Source: an uncultured bacterium (GTDB taxonomy: Bacteria > Macinerneyibacteriota > Macinerneyibacteria > Macinerneyibacteriales > DSCS01). Taken from it: a DNA stretch of 64,000 nucleotides. This document shows, piece after piece, positions 37,471 through 46,927 of the stretch (positions within the stretch are counted from its first letter, which is position 1; each line of letters begins with the position of its first letter). The position numbers and the translations under genes were made by a program. The stretch lies in contig CAZJQC010000007.1 of assembly GCA_964548195.1 (NCBI GenBank), positions 3,219-67,218 of the forward strand. Direction: 5' to 3'. The notes beneath the pieces were generated by a model. That model was not told the origin of the DNA and did no database searches. It saw nothing but the letters and a program-made list of their open reading frames with translations.

Positions 37471-39285
37471 CTACCCGTGAAGTTCTTCCCATTCATCAAG
37501 ATAACCGTCTATAAGATGGGATATACGCTCCCTTTTGTCATGAAATTGCTGCAGTTTATCAAGGTCCTCTGTCGAAAGCATCTCCCTGTCAACCGCGGCA
37601 AGGTCAGATTCCAGCCGGTTTATCTCCTCTTCAACCTTCTCAATGCGCTCCAGCCGTTTTTTTTCCGAGTTCTTCTCTCGTTTGGACTTCGAATATTCGC
37701 GGCTCTCGCCGTTCGAGGAGGCCGCCCCGGAAGAAAGCGGCTCAGCGCCGTCAAACACAGAGATATCGTCTGAAAAGAGGCAGCCGCCTCTGTCAATACG
37801 CATATACTTTTTGCAGACGTTTTTCAAAAAATACCTGTCATGGGATACCATAAGCAAAGTGCCGTCGAATCTCCGGAGCCCCTCCTCCAAAACCGATATA
37901 AAATCCATGTCAAGATGGTTTGTGGGTTCGTCCAAAATTATGACATTGGGCCTCTGCAGCGTCAGCGTCAGCAGTTTAAAACGGGAGCGTTCTCCCCCGC
38001 TAAGCGTGGCGATCACTTTAAAAGCGTCATCTCCTTTAAAGTGGTATTTCCCGAGTATCTCACGCCCCTCAAACTCATCCAGGTCATGATATCTGTTGAG
38101 ATAGCCTGTTAACGTGATATCCTCCTCGTTCAGGGACAGCGTCTGGTCAAAATAGGCGATCTTTACATTGTGCCCCCAGCGTACCCCGGGCTCCTCTCTG
38201 TAAATGCTTCGCAGAAAAGAGGTCTTCCCGGAACCGTTTGGCCCCGCTATCCCCAGACGATCGCCCTTTCTAAGCAACAGACCGTCCACCGTGAAAAAAC
38301 CCATTACGTCGAGCCCTTCCACGCGAAGCACGTCATTGCCGCTGTCGGATGCGCTTTTGATGTCCAGATGGAGGCTGTAGTCAAAGGATGACGGCCGCTC
38401 GGCCGGTTCGATCCTGGAAAGGGCGTTTTCGCGGCTTTTGGCCATGGTCGCCCTGTTTCCGGACTTATATTTCCTGACATATTCCTCAAGCTTGTTGATC
38501 TTTTTCATCCGGGCCTGATAAGATCTCAGGCTGTGCTCATATTCAGATTTTTTCACCCTCTCAAAATCCCCGTAGCCGCCTTTATAATATTTCAATCCGC
38601 CGTTGTCCATCTCATATATGCCCCGCACCACCATGTCTATCAAATATCTGTCATGGGATATCATAAGTACTGTAGCCCGGGACCTGCCGATGAATTCCCC
38701 GAGCCATTTGACGGAGTCCATGTCAAGATGGTTTGTCGGTTCGTCCAGAAGCATGATGTCAGCGTCTTCCAGAAGTATTTTCGCAAGCGAAAGCCTCATG
38801 CGTTCACCGCCGCTGAGCACCTCAGTCTTGCGGTCCTCAATGTCCTTGAGGTTCAGGCCGGTCAACACTCTCTTGATCTCGGTCTCGTACTTAAGCCCGC
38901 CCTGATGCTCGTAACTGTCCCATAATCGTTCATACTCCCTGACAGCGCTTTCATCCGCCCCCATCCTTGCAGAGACTCTTTTTATCTCCTCATACAGTTC
39001 GAAAAGATGTGTAAAATTCGTAAGGAGCTCTTCTTTGACGGTCTCACCCGCAGGTTCCGGTATGGTCTGTCCGAGATAGGCCGTCTTTTGCCCCCCGGCG
39101 ACGTTCACATTCCCGGAATCAGGCGACTCCAGCCCTGCGAGTATCCTGAACAGTGTCGATTTGCCCGCGCCGTTTCTCCCTATAAGGGCATACTTGCCCC
39201 CCTTTTCAAGGGATAAAGCCACATCTTCAAAGATGACATATCCGTTATATGTCTTTGATATATTATCCGTCGATATCTGCGCCAT
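37471..39285 (-). CDS. ABC-F family ATPase (ribosome-associated)
   Basis: Two nucleotide-binding domains (GRNGAGKS, GPNGSGKT), LSGGE twice, DEPTNHLD twice, no TM domain, C-terminal coiled coil. Confidence 0.93.
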   Translation of the reverse strand: MAQISTDNISKTYNGYVIFEDVALSLEKGGKYALIGRNGAGKSTLFRILAGLESPDSGNVNVAGGQKTAYLGQTIPEPAGETVKEELLTNFTHLFELYEEIKRVSARMGADESAVREYERLWDSYEHQGGLKYETEIKRVLTGLNLKDIEDRKTEVLSGGERMRLSLAKILLEDADIMLLDEPTNHLDMDSVKWLGEFIGRSRATVLMISHDRYLIDMVVRGIYEMDNGGLKYYKGGYGDFERVKKSEYEHSLRSYQARMKKINKLEEYVRKYKSGNRATMAKSRENALSRIEPAERPSSFDYSLHLDIKSASDSGNDVLRVEGLDVMGFFTVDGLLLRKGDRLGIAGPNGSGKTSFLRSIYREEPGVRWGHNVKIAYFDQTLSLNEEDITLTGYLNRYHDLDEFEGREILGKYHFKGDDAFKVIATLSGGERSRFKLLTLTLQRPNVIILDEPTNHLDMDFISVLEEGLRRFDGTLLMVSHDRYFLKNVCKKYMRIDRGGCLFSDDISVFDGAEPLSSGAASSNGESREYSKSKREKNSEKKRLERIEKVEEEINRLESDLAAVDREMLSTEDLDKLQQFHDKRERISHLIDGYLDEWEELHG

Positions 39286-39862
39286 TTAGCATCACTCCGT
39301 TGATCCCCTGTTTTTTAAGCCGTCTCATCGTCTTTTCAGCCGTTCTCCTGTCGTAAGGTCCCAAAATGACTTTGTAGAATCCGTCAGCCCTGTATAAGCG
39401 GGCCCCCTCGTCTTTCAGCCGCCGCGCTTCCTTTACGGCATTTTCGCGTACACGAAAACTCCCCGTTCGTATGTAATATGCGGATCCCAGCCCCTTTTTC
39501 CCGATATCATCCGTCCGAATTGATTCTATGATCACACGGGCCGTACCCCGCTCCTTTATACCGAGAGCTTTTGCCGCCCCGCGGGAAAGGTCTATAATAC
39601 GCCCTTTCACAAAAGGGCCGCGGTCGTTTATCCTTACACGAACTGTTTTCCCCGTGTCTATGTCAGTGACATCCACGATCGTGTCAAAAGGAAGCGTCTT
39701 ATGCGCGGCCGTCATATCATCCATGTGAAAGACCTCGCCGCTGGCGGTCTTCCTGCCGTCGAAACCCGGTCCGTACCATGACGCATATCCGCTTTCACGA
39801 TATGCGAACGCGTACTGGGATAAAGCGAAAAACAGCGATATGAACAGAAAAAACAAGCGCAT
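39263..39862 (-). CDS. rlpA: Septal-ring lytic transglycosylase RlpA with SPOR domain
   Basis: GYASWYG, TAAHKTLPF, INDRGPF, RIIDLS; SPOR-like tail; no lipobox Cys. Confidence 0.92.
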   Translation of the reverse strand: MRLFFLFISLFFALSQYAFAYRESGYASWYGPGFDGRKTASGEVFHMDDMTAAHKTLPFDTIVDVTDIDTGKTVRVRINDRGPFVKGRIIDLSRGAAKALGIKERGTARVIIESIRTDDIGKKGLGSAYYIRTGSFRVRENAVKEARRLKDEGARLYRADGFYKVILGPYDRRTAEKTMRRLKKQGINGVMLNGADIDG

Positions 39863-39869
39863 TATATAT

Positions 39870-40850
39870 TCAAAGCCTTTCAAACACCCCGGCAACCTTC
39901 GCTATGTCACCATCATACCGCCCCAAAGCAAGCATAAGAAGTATTCTCGCCTTGATCCCGCGAAGGTCGTATGAAAAGATCACCCCTATTTTGTGAAGAT
40001 GCTCGCCGCCGCCTTCATATGCGTAGTCGCCCAATACCCTGCCCATGTAACAGCGCGACGAGATGACGACAGCCACTCCCCTGTCAATGGCCTTTTGTAT
40101 ACTGCCGACTACCCAGTCCGGAAGATTGCCTCTGCCGAAAGCCTCTATGACAATACCTTTGTAGCCCATATCGACCAAAGCGTCTATGATGTCGGAATCC
40201 ATGTCGGCGTATGCCTTTATAAGGGCCACCTTTTCTTCTATGGCATCCGTGTGTATTTTAATCCGTTTAAACGGTTTGAAATAAAAGGTCACCTGATCGT
40301 TGTCCACGAGGCCCACCGGGCCGAAAAGCGGGGAGCGGAAGGTCGCGACGTTAGACGTATACGTCTTGGTGACATCCCTCACAGCATGTATCTCGTCGTT
40401 CAATACCAGCGTCACCCCCATATCCTCGGTGTAATCATCCGAGACTACGGTCTTCAGGGCACCCCAGATATTTCTCGGGCCGTCGCCGCTGAGTTCATCC
40501 AGCGTCCTCATTGCCGCTGTCAGCACGACCGGTTTTGAAGTTTTCAGCATCAGCTCGAGAAAAAAAGCAGTCTCCTCAAGCGTATCCGTGCCATGGGTTA
40601 TCACCACGCCGTCAAAACCGTCGGCAAGACGTCTGTCGACAAGATTTGCAAGCGATTTCCAGAGTTTCACGTTCATATAAGGGCTGGGTATATTTGAAAA
40701 GGTCTCGATCTCAAGTTCGGAAAGCCCTTTTACCTGCGGCAAATAACGCACCAGGTCATCGGCCTGCAGAGATGGGACGGCGCCCCCTTTTTTCTTGTCG
40801 ATCTTCATTGCGATCGTGCCGCCGGTTGTTATAAGAAGTATTTTTTTCAC
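39870..40850 (-). CDS. L-asparaginase (cytoplasmic type)
   Basis: TTGGTIAM, HGTDTLEET; no signal peptide. Confidence 0.93.
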   Translation of the reverse strand: MKKILLITTGGTIAMKIDKKKGGAVPSLQADDLVRYLPQVKGLSELEIETFSNIPSPYMNVKLWKSLANLVDRRLADGFDGVVITHGTDTLEETAFFLELMLKTSKPVVLTAAMRTLDELSGDGPRNIWGALKTVVSDDYTEDMGVTLVLNDEIHAVRDVTKTYTSNVATFRSPLFGPVGLVDNDQVTFYFKPFKRIKIHTDAIEEKVALIKAYADMDSDIIDALVDMGYKGIVIEAFGRGNLPDWVVGSIQKAIDRGVAVVISSRCYMGRVLGDYAYEGGGEHLHKIGVIFSYDLRGIKARILLMLALGRYDGDIAKVAGVFERL

Positions 40851-41512
40851 AGTCTCTCCTTGGCAAACCTGTCTATATTCAGGTTGTTCCCTACGATTAT
40901 CAGCGTATCGTCGGCTTCGATCACATAGTCCGAATCCGGGATGACAGTTGTCTCACTTTCATTGTTTTTCTTTATGGCAACGACATTGATGGAGTAACGT
41001 TCCCTCAGTCCCGTATCTTTGAGCATCTTCCCCACCAGATATTCGGGAGACTTAAAATGCACTATTGAATTGCCGTCGGTGAGAGGAACGGCTTCCTCCA
41101 CGCTTCTTCTGAGCAATGTGTTTGCCATCTTCTTCCCCATTTCGACTTCGGGGAAGACCACCATATCGGCCCCCACCTTTTTCAGTATCTTCTCTTCTAT
41201 GACAGTCGAAGCACGGGCAATGACTTTTTGCACGCCCATCTCCTTAAGTATTACAGTGGTAAGAAGGTTTTTTTCAAAATCCTCCCCCATGGTCACGATC
41301 GCCGCGTCAAGTTCCTCAAGTGGAAATTTTTTTAACGCGGCTTCGTTTGTCGCATCAAGTATCACGGCGTTTGCCACCTTTGACTGTATTTGACGTATCA
41401 TCTCCTCATCATTGTCAAAAGCCATCACTTCGGCTCCGCCGTCAATAAGAGTGTCAAGGACACTCATGCCGAATCTTCCCAATCCTATGATCAAATATTT
41501 GCCTTTAGCCAT
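40847..41512 (-). CDS. ktrA: KtrA/TrkA regulatory subunit of K+ uptake
   Basis: IIGLGRFG, LKKVGADMVVFPE, RCK_C domain. Confidence 0.92.
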   Translation of the reverse strand: MAKGKYLIIGLGRFGMSVLDTLIDGGAEVMAFDNDEEMIRQIQSKVANAVILDATNEAALKKFPLEELDAAIVTMGEDFEKNLLTTVILKEMGVQKVIARASTVIEEKILKKVGADMVVFPEVEMGKKMANTLLRRSVEEAVPLTDGNSIVHFKSPEYLVGKMLKDTGLRERYSINVVAIKKNNESETTVIPDSDYVIEADDTLIIVGNNLNIDRFAKERL

Positions 41513-41521
41513 AATATACTC

Positions 41522-43219
41522 CTATCCGACCATAATACTGGTCTCTTCAGGGTAGTTCACAGGTGCGGTCTCGGGTCTGCTTAACGCCATGGCAAGGGTC
41601 ACCGGGCCAAGGCGGCCGACGAACATCGTCAGCATGATAATAATCTTGCCGGCAGTGGAAAGAGATGCCGTGATCCCGGTGGAAAGACCCACCGTTCCAA
41701 ATGCGGACATCAGCTCAAACAGAAGGTCGGTCACATTAAGGTCTTCCGACATTATCAATATCATGAACACCGTAAACAGATAGCCCGCCGAGATCACGAT
41801 CAGCGATACGGCCTTATGTATGATCCTTGCCGGTATGCGGCGGTAAAAGACATCGACGGATTCCCTGTTTTTCATCGTGGCCCACACCGTGGCTATTAAA
41901 ATGCCGAATGTCGTCGTCTTTACCCCGCCGCCGGTGGAGCCGGGCGAAGCGCCTATGAACATAAACACCATCGTCATGAGCAACACCGGAAGGCTGAATC
42001 CCGCCGTATTCAGTGTATTGAACCCCGCGGTACGCGGAGTCACCGAGTGGAAAAACGAGGCGAGTATCTTCTCTTTAAGCCCCATTCCGGCCATCAGACC
42101 GTCACTCTCAAGGAAAAAAATGACCACGGCACCCAACAATATCAAACCGGCGGTAGTAGCCAGCACTATCTTTGACTGGAGCATCAGCAGTTTTTTCCGT
42201 CCGCCGGAAGGCTGGAAAAGGTCAACGATCACCACAAAACCCAGCCCGCCGATCACGATCAGAAACATCACGGTCAGATTGACGGACAGATCTCCCCTGT
42301 AATCCATAAGGCTGTTGGAGAATGTCGAAAAGCCGGCGTTGCAGAAGGAGGAGACCGCGTGAAATACCGAATGAAACAACGCTTCCCCCAGGGTCTTGAA
42401 GCAGGAATGCCACTTTGTGAAAAGCAATGCCGCGCCAAGAGCCTCTATCGTAAAAGTTATAGTCAGTATCTTCCCTATGATCTTCTGCACATCCAGGGCG
42501 AAATCAGCGCTCAACATATCGGACATAAGAAAACGTTCCCGGAATGACATGGTCTTGAAAAAGAAAATGGACAAAAATGAGGTGAATGTCATCAGCCCGA
42601 GTCCGCCGATCTGTATCAGTATCAGTATTACGATCTTGCCGAACATGGTGAAATAAGCGGCCGTGTCGACTACAATAAGCCCGGTCACGCACACGGCTGA
42701 AGTGGATGTAAACAATGCGTCGGTATAGGGCATGCTTCCGGGTAAAACGGTCGCTCTGGGCAGAGAAAGCAGCAGGCTGCCCAGTATTATGAGCCCTACA
42801 AATGTTATGATAAACATCTGTTCCGGTTTAAGTCTTATGGCGGAAAACGCGGTCCTGTTGATCTTTGACATCTTAAACAAGAACATATAGAATATATATA
42901 TCTCGGCGATCGTGTAATAATGGCCGGAATGGCCGTATAAACCCGCCCGTATGACCAGGAACTGCAGCATCAGCAGGAAGGTCACAAAATAGAGAGTCTT
43001 GTGCTTTTTCAGCACGTCCGCCGGCCCCCCGTCAATAAAAAGCATTGCCAGGTTGTCAAGCAGCAGCAATCCGAATATGACAAAACTTCCCTTGCATATC
43101 ATCGACCTTACACCATCGGATAATATAAACCCTTGGTCGGCTATGAAGGCGAGAAGCGCAGCGGAAGCAGCCAGCAGCAGCAGGGAGTCGAGGAATTTGA
43201 TTATTCGTTCCTTTAACAT
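41522..43219 (-). CDS. ktrB: KtrB/TrkH K+ translocating subunit with extra N-terminal 4-TM module
   Basis: Four pore loops with Gly (CVTGL, CNAGF, RTAGF, GTVGL), MFVGRLG. Confidence 0.92.
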   Translation of the reverse strand: MLKERIIKFLDSLLLLAASAALLAFIADQGFILSDGVRSMICKGSFVIFGLLLLDNLAMLFIDGGPADVLKKHKTLYFVTFLLMLQFLVIRAGLYGHSGHYYTIAEIYIFYMFLFKMSKINRTAFSAIRLKPEQMFIITFVGLIILGSLLLSLPRATVLPGSMPYTDALFTSTSAVCVTGLIVVDTAAYFTMFGKIVILILIQIGGLGLMTFTSFLSIFFFKTMSFRERFLMSDMLSADFALDVQKIIGKILTITFTIEALGAALLFTKWHSCFKTLGEALFHSVFHAVSSFCNAGFSTFSNSLMDYRGDLSVNLTVMFLIVIGGLGFVVIVDLFQPSGGRKKLLMLQSKIVLATTAGLILLGAVVIFFLESDGLMAGMGLKEKILASFFHSVTPRTAGFNTLNTAGFSLPVLLMTMVFMFIGASPGSTGGGVKTTTFGILIATVWATMKNRESVDVFYRRIPARIIHKAVSLIVISAGYLFTVFMILIMSEDLNVTDLLFELMSAFGTVGLSTGITASLSTAGKIIIMLTMFVGRLGPVTLAMALSRPETAPVNYPEETSIMVG

Positions 43220-43227
43220 ACGAGTAA

Positions 43228-43255
43228 AGTATATATTCAACGCTGTGATTGTCAA
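43228..43255 (-). promoter_or_regulatory. Predicted promoter of the ktrB operon
   Basis: TTGACA-N16-TATACT; ATG 8 nt downstream, no SD. Confidence 0.7.
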
Positions 43256-43260
43256 GATTT

Positions 43261-43290
43261 AAGAGACGGGGCTATACGCCCCGCCTCTTT
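43261..43290 (-). terminator. Hairpin terminator after cassette copy 2
   Basis: AAGAG-CGGGGC/GCCCCG-CTCTT interrupted stem. Confidence 0.6.
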
Positions 43291-43295
43291 CAGGA

Positions 43296-44426
43296 TCATA
43301 CGAGAAACAGGTCTATGATAAAATCAAAGCCCATCATCTTGAAGACGAGAGCCAGAAGAAGTACAAAAATAAGGGTGCCCTTTATCAGGTCCTGCGCTTT
43401 TAATGTGCCCAGCAGCAAAGGTTCCCTGCTGAGATACGCAGACGCCGCGTAAAGTTCCTCGCCTATCAGCGTATAATCACAAGCCGCTATGAAGAACGGA
43501 AGCTGTGACGTGGAGTCGGTGCCGGCGATCTGTATGGCGCCCACAGTATTGGCGGTCTCGGCCATCATCAGAGATTCGGCCCAGAACATGCCCAGCAGAA
43601 ACACCGTGGCAGGCCGTTCCCTTACCATCGCCCCGTTTACGGCTGCGGCATAGTCAAACTGCCCCACCGACGCGAGATAGACCATGTTTTCTTCAAAAAG
43701 GTCGATCCTGCCGGCTGCCATATACGCTTCTTTCACAACATCCTGAGCCACGGTAAGGACAACCGGGTCCTTTATGGGGACGGAAAAGGGAGTCTCATAC
43801 GTGGCGATCTGTTTTGCGACGGGACGCAGTATATTAAGCGATGCAAGCGTGGCAATGTCATCAATGGTGGATGTCCCCGGTATGTAAAACACAGGGCGCC
43901 CCATCTCGGTCGCTCTGCCGACTGCGTCGTCAATAGCGTCAAGGCCGGCTATTTTCCTGATAAACAGGGATTTGCCTTTTTTTGCCTGTCCGATGAGTAT
44001 CACTATGAGTATGACAAATGCAAGACACCAGAAGAAGGACCTGAGCCTGTCCGAGTATATATACTGCGTGACAGACTGGGTCTCACGTGTCAAAAACGGC
44101 CCCACACGGTTGCCGTCCGCGTCGATGGCAAAGGCCTCGACCTTGACGGCCGCTCCGCTTTTGCCTGTCCCTATGGTGTTTATATACAAAGCTCCGGCGT
44201 TTTTCACATCCAGAGTGTTCTTAAACTCTCCATCCACATATATGTCCAGATGAAATCTCCCGAACTCCTCGACCGAGCTGACCGGTTTGAATTCAAGCTC
44301 TACGGACACGCCGTTGTCATCGGGGGTGTCGTATACGCTGAGTTCAGCCTGAGGGACTACGGGTCCCTGGGCATAGGCCACACACGACGCTATCAATGCT
44401 ATTGTTAAGATCAGTAATTTCTTCAT
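43296..44426 (-). CDS. Cassette copy 2, gene D: DUF6754-like protein (signal peptide, Ig/FN3-like domain, TM, alpha/beta domain, TM)
   Basis: IRKIAGLDAIDDAVGRATEMGRP, QLPFFIAACDYTLIGEELYAASAYLS; paralogue of 46928-48055. DUF name recalled, not searched. Confidence 0.8.
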   Translation of the reverse strand: MKKLLILTIALIASCVAYAQGPVVPQAELSVYDTPDDNGVSVELEFKPVSSVEEFGRFHLDIYVDGEFKNTLDVKNAGALYINTIGTGKSGAAVKVEAFAIDADGNRVGPFLTRETQSVTQYIYSDRLRSFFWCLAFVILIVILIGQAKKGKSLFIRKIAGLDAIDDAVGRATEMGRPVFYIPGTSTIDDIATLASLNILRPVAKQIATYETPFSVPIKDPVVLTVAQDVVKEAYMAAGRIDLFEENMVYLASVGQFDYAAAVNGAMVRERPATVFLLGMFWAESLMMAETANTVGAIQIAGTDSTSQLPFFIAACDYTLIGEELYAASAYLSREPLLLGTLKAQDLIKGTLIFVLLLALVFKMMGFDFIIDLFLV

Positions 44427-44428
44427 GC

Positions 44429-45136
44429 TCACCCTCCTATAGTCTGTTTCAACAGAGGCCACCAGTCATTGAAAATGAAGTTGATCCTTCCGATGAAAAG
44501 ACTGATACGGCCCATGAAAGTGTATCCGAACGAGGCGCCAAAACCTATCATAAGATAGGTCAGCGCGGGTTTGTTCGCAAATCTTACCGCCCTGTTCGTA
44601 CCCTTAAGTGAGAAGAAGAAGTATATAAGCACGACTATCACGCCGAATACAAGCAACGGGCCGTTGACAGCTTTCAAAAATGTCCCGAACGCCGGATGTC
44701 TGAAAAACTCGGCGATGTTCGAACCGTTGAGCATCGGCTGCCCGAACTCATCTATTACCGTGCCGTGTATTTGAGTGACGATATTTGTCTTAAAAGATGT
44801 CACGATCGCATAACCGCTCCAGAAACCCACGGTTATGGCTATCGGATAACGGCTAAGCCATTCGGATTTTCTTGAAAACCTCGCAAGGTACAGCATACCG
44901 ATCAAGGTCGCGACTATCAATGAGGCGACTTTTATCACTTCGCCCGCCCCTACGGCTATTGTAAGCGGATCCACGATCTTCCTCATTATGATCTGAGAAA
45001 ACGTCACAACGACAAAATACCCCACCATGGTCCCTATGAAAAGATGTTCGGCAAATTTATACAGCGGATTATCTTTCCAAAGGAAAGAAAAAATGGCAAG
45101 TGTTAAAATTACGGCTATCGTATACCAGAACAACAT
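44429..45136 (-). CDS. Cassette copy 2, gene C: polytopic membrane protein
   Basis: FSFLWKDNPLYKFAEHLF, FGASFGYTFMGRISLF; paralogue of 48069-48785. Confidence 0.85.
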   Translation of the reverse strand: MLFWYTIAVILTLAIFSFLWKDNPLYKFAEHLFIGTMVGYFVVVTFSQIIMRKIVDPLTIAVGAGEVIKVASLIVATLIGMLYLARFSRKSEWLSRYPIAITVGFWSGYAIVTSFKTNIVTQIHGTVIDEFGQPMLNGSNIAEFFRHPAFGTFLKAVNGPLLVFGVIVVLIYFFFSLKGTNRAVRFANKPALTYLMIGFGASFGYTFMGRISLFIGRINFIFNDWWPLLKQTIGG

Positions 45137-45148
45137 GACTTACCCCCC

Positions 45149-46144
45149 TTACCTTTTTTTCTCTGCTTTGCGTTTGAAAAAATAACCGACATTGCCCACG
45201 ATGATAAGCAGTATCACATAGAAATGGGAAAATACCTGCGAACTCATGCCTCTGCGGGCCGTGAACCTTGAGCTCATATGTTCTTTCAGTTCCTCGTCCT
45301 CAAAACCGGGCTCGAAGACCGTTGAGTCGTATGATATATCCCGGCTGTCGTACAATCCGGCCATATGCCCGGCGACATCGTCGCCGATCAAATCTTCTTC
45401 CAGACGGCCGACAAGTTCTTCATATTCGGCTGCGCCTCTCAGTCCGCCCATCATGCCTATCATCTGCTTTGTCTGCAGGAAGGGATAAAACTCCGCGGCT
45501 GAAACGGCGGTAATGCCGGTCGCGATCTTCTTGCCGTAAAGCGTATTGGCGTATGTGACCCAGAATCTCGGATATGAAGTCCCGGATACGGTGACGATAA
45601 GGCCGATCTGTTTGTAGTTGTTGATCTTGTTAAGCAGCGGCAGCTCCGTACTCAGATTGCCGTAATAATCCTTTACAAGAAAAGCCCTGATATCCGTCCC
45701 GAAAGCTATGACCGCGGCATTGATGGGATAAGGATATCCCATAAAAACGAAATCCTCGCCGTATACGGCGCCGAACTCCTTCGCGATATAAGCGGTCACT
45801 CTTCTGGCGAGGTCTATGGAATCTATAAAACCGGTCCATGTGACCACAGGCACCTTTCTCAGGAAGGCATGTCTGAGAACCGACATCGTCATGGGATCCA
45901 GCTCGGCATTGGTGGACGGGCTGTAATCGAATGTCACAAGCAGGCCCATGGGCTGCTCCGTGTTGCTCAGGTTATATTGATATATGTTTTCGATCTCGTC
46001 ATAGATATTCCTGACTTCAGGAGATACCGTGGGCTTATATGTCATCTTCAGCAAAAAGGGGATGATGACCACGATAAACATTATGAGATACAAATATTTT
46101 TTCTCTATGGAAATAAGTTTATCAAACCATTTTGTATTCATCAT
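45149..46144 (-). CDS. Cassette copy 2, gene B: TM, alpha/beta domain, TM protein
   Basis: ELDPM..LRHAF, YPFLQT.QMIG.MGGL.GAAEYE; paralogue of 48794-49795. Confidence 0.85.
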   Translation of the reverse strand: MMNTKWFDKLISIEKKYLYLIMFIVVIIPFLLKMTYKPTVSPEVRNIYDEIENIYQYNLSNTEQPMGLLVTFDYSPSTNAELDPMTMSVLRHAFLRKVPVVTWTGFIDSIDLARRVTAYIAKEFGAVYGEDFVFMGYPYPINAAVIAFGTDIRAFLVKDYYGNLSTELPLLNKINNYKQIGLIVTVSGTSYPRFWVTYANTLYGKKIATGITAVSAAEFYPFLQTKQMIGMMGGLRGAAEYEELVGRLEEDLIGDDVAGHMAGLYDSRDISYDSTVFEPGFEDEELKEHMSSRFTARRGMSSQVFSHFYVILLIIVGNVGYFFKRKAEKKR

Positions 46145-46764
46145 TCACCGCCTCCCAGATATGATCTTTCTATACCGAGCACTATCTTTATCGAAGTGGC
46201 TACAATACCGAGGCCCACGCCTATCAGCACGCCTCTCATGGCGGCCGTCGTGGGTACGTTCATAAGCCATGCCGTGAGATCGTCAAAGAAAAGCAGGGGG
46301 CCGAATGCCACCCGTCCGATCATGACGACGACTCCGGACACGAGCAATATCGTTGCCAGCCACGTACGGGCTCTGAAGGCCCTGTATGCCGCTGATGTTA
46401 TATAAAAAGCAAGCAATGAGAACATTGTTGCATCCAATGGCACCCTCACATAATTATACATGTTTTCAAATAACTGCTGAAAGACGCTCTCCGGCCTGAA
46501 ATAACCCACAAGGCCGATGATCATCATAAAAAACATAGCCACGAACGTGACATAACTGTAAAAAACATCCTTCTGTTTTCTCCTGATCTTTGACATATGA
46601 TGCCTCGTAAGACTGGCAATACCTATCGCCAGCGCAAAAGAGGCTATGATCGCCATCCAATCAAGCATGGAATCCAGCAATCCTTTTAAAGCCGGAACCA
46701 TCTGCACACACACACCGATGATCCCGAAAATGAAAGCCAGTGCCAAGGGCAAAGTTCGCTTCAT
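46141..46764 (-). CDS. Cassette copy 2, gene A: polytopic membrane protein
   Basis: LLAFYITSAAYRAFRARTWLA, GIERSYLGGGE; SD GAAGGAG; paralogue of 49792-50418. Confidence 0.85.
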   Translation of the reverse strand: MKRTLPLALAFIFGIIGVCVQMVPALKGLLDSMLDWMAIIASFALAIGIASLTRHHMSKIRRKQKDVFYSYVTFVAMFFMMIIGLVGYFRPESVFQQLFENMYNYVRVPLDATMFSLLAFYITSAAYRAFRARTWLATILLVSGVVVMIGRVAFGPLLFFDDLTAWLMNVPTTAAMRGVLIGVGLGIVATSIKIVLGIERSYLGGGE

Positions 46765-46797
46765 ATCATCAACTCCTTCCGATCTGTTGCGTTCCTG

Positions 46798-46832
46798 TGC
46801 ATGGAATATACGGGCAAATTCCGTTCCATGCA
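46798..46832 (-). promoter_or_regulatory. Predicted promoter of cassette copy 2 overlapped by a perfect 9-bp inverted repeat
   Basis: TGCATGGAA-N17-TTCCATGCA; minus strand TTGCAT-N17-TATATT. Confidence 0.55.
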
Positions 46833-46895
46833 ATAATAAAAAAAATGGTACTTTCAATAATACGGAGGAAGCGGATAATGTTTCCGCCGTTACGT

Positions 46896-46918
46896 AAAGG
46901 GGGCGCCGAAGCGCCCCC
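46896..46918 (-). terminator. Terminator after cassette copy 1
   Basis: GGGGGCGC-UUCG-GCGCCCCC-UUU on the minus strand. Confidence 0.7.
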
Positions 46919-46927
46919 CGGGAATAT

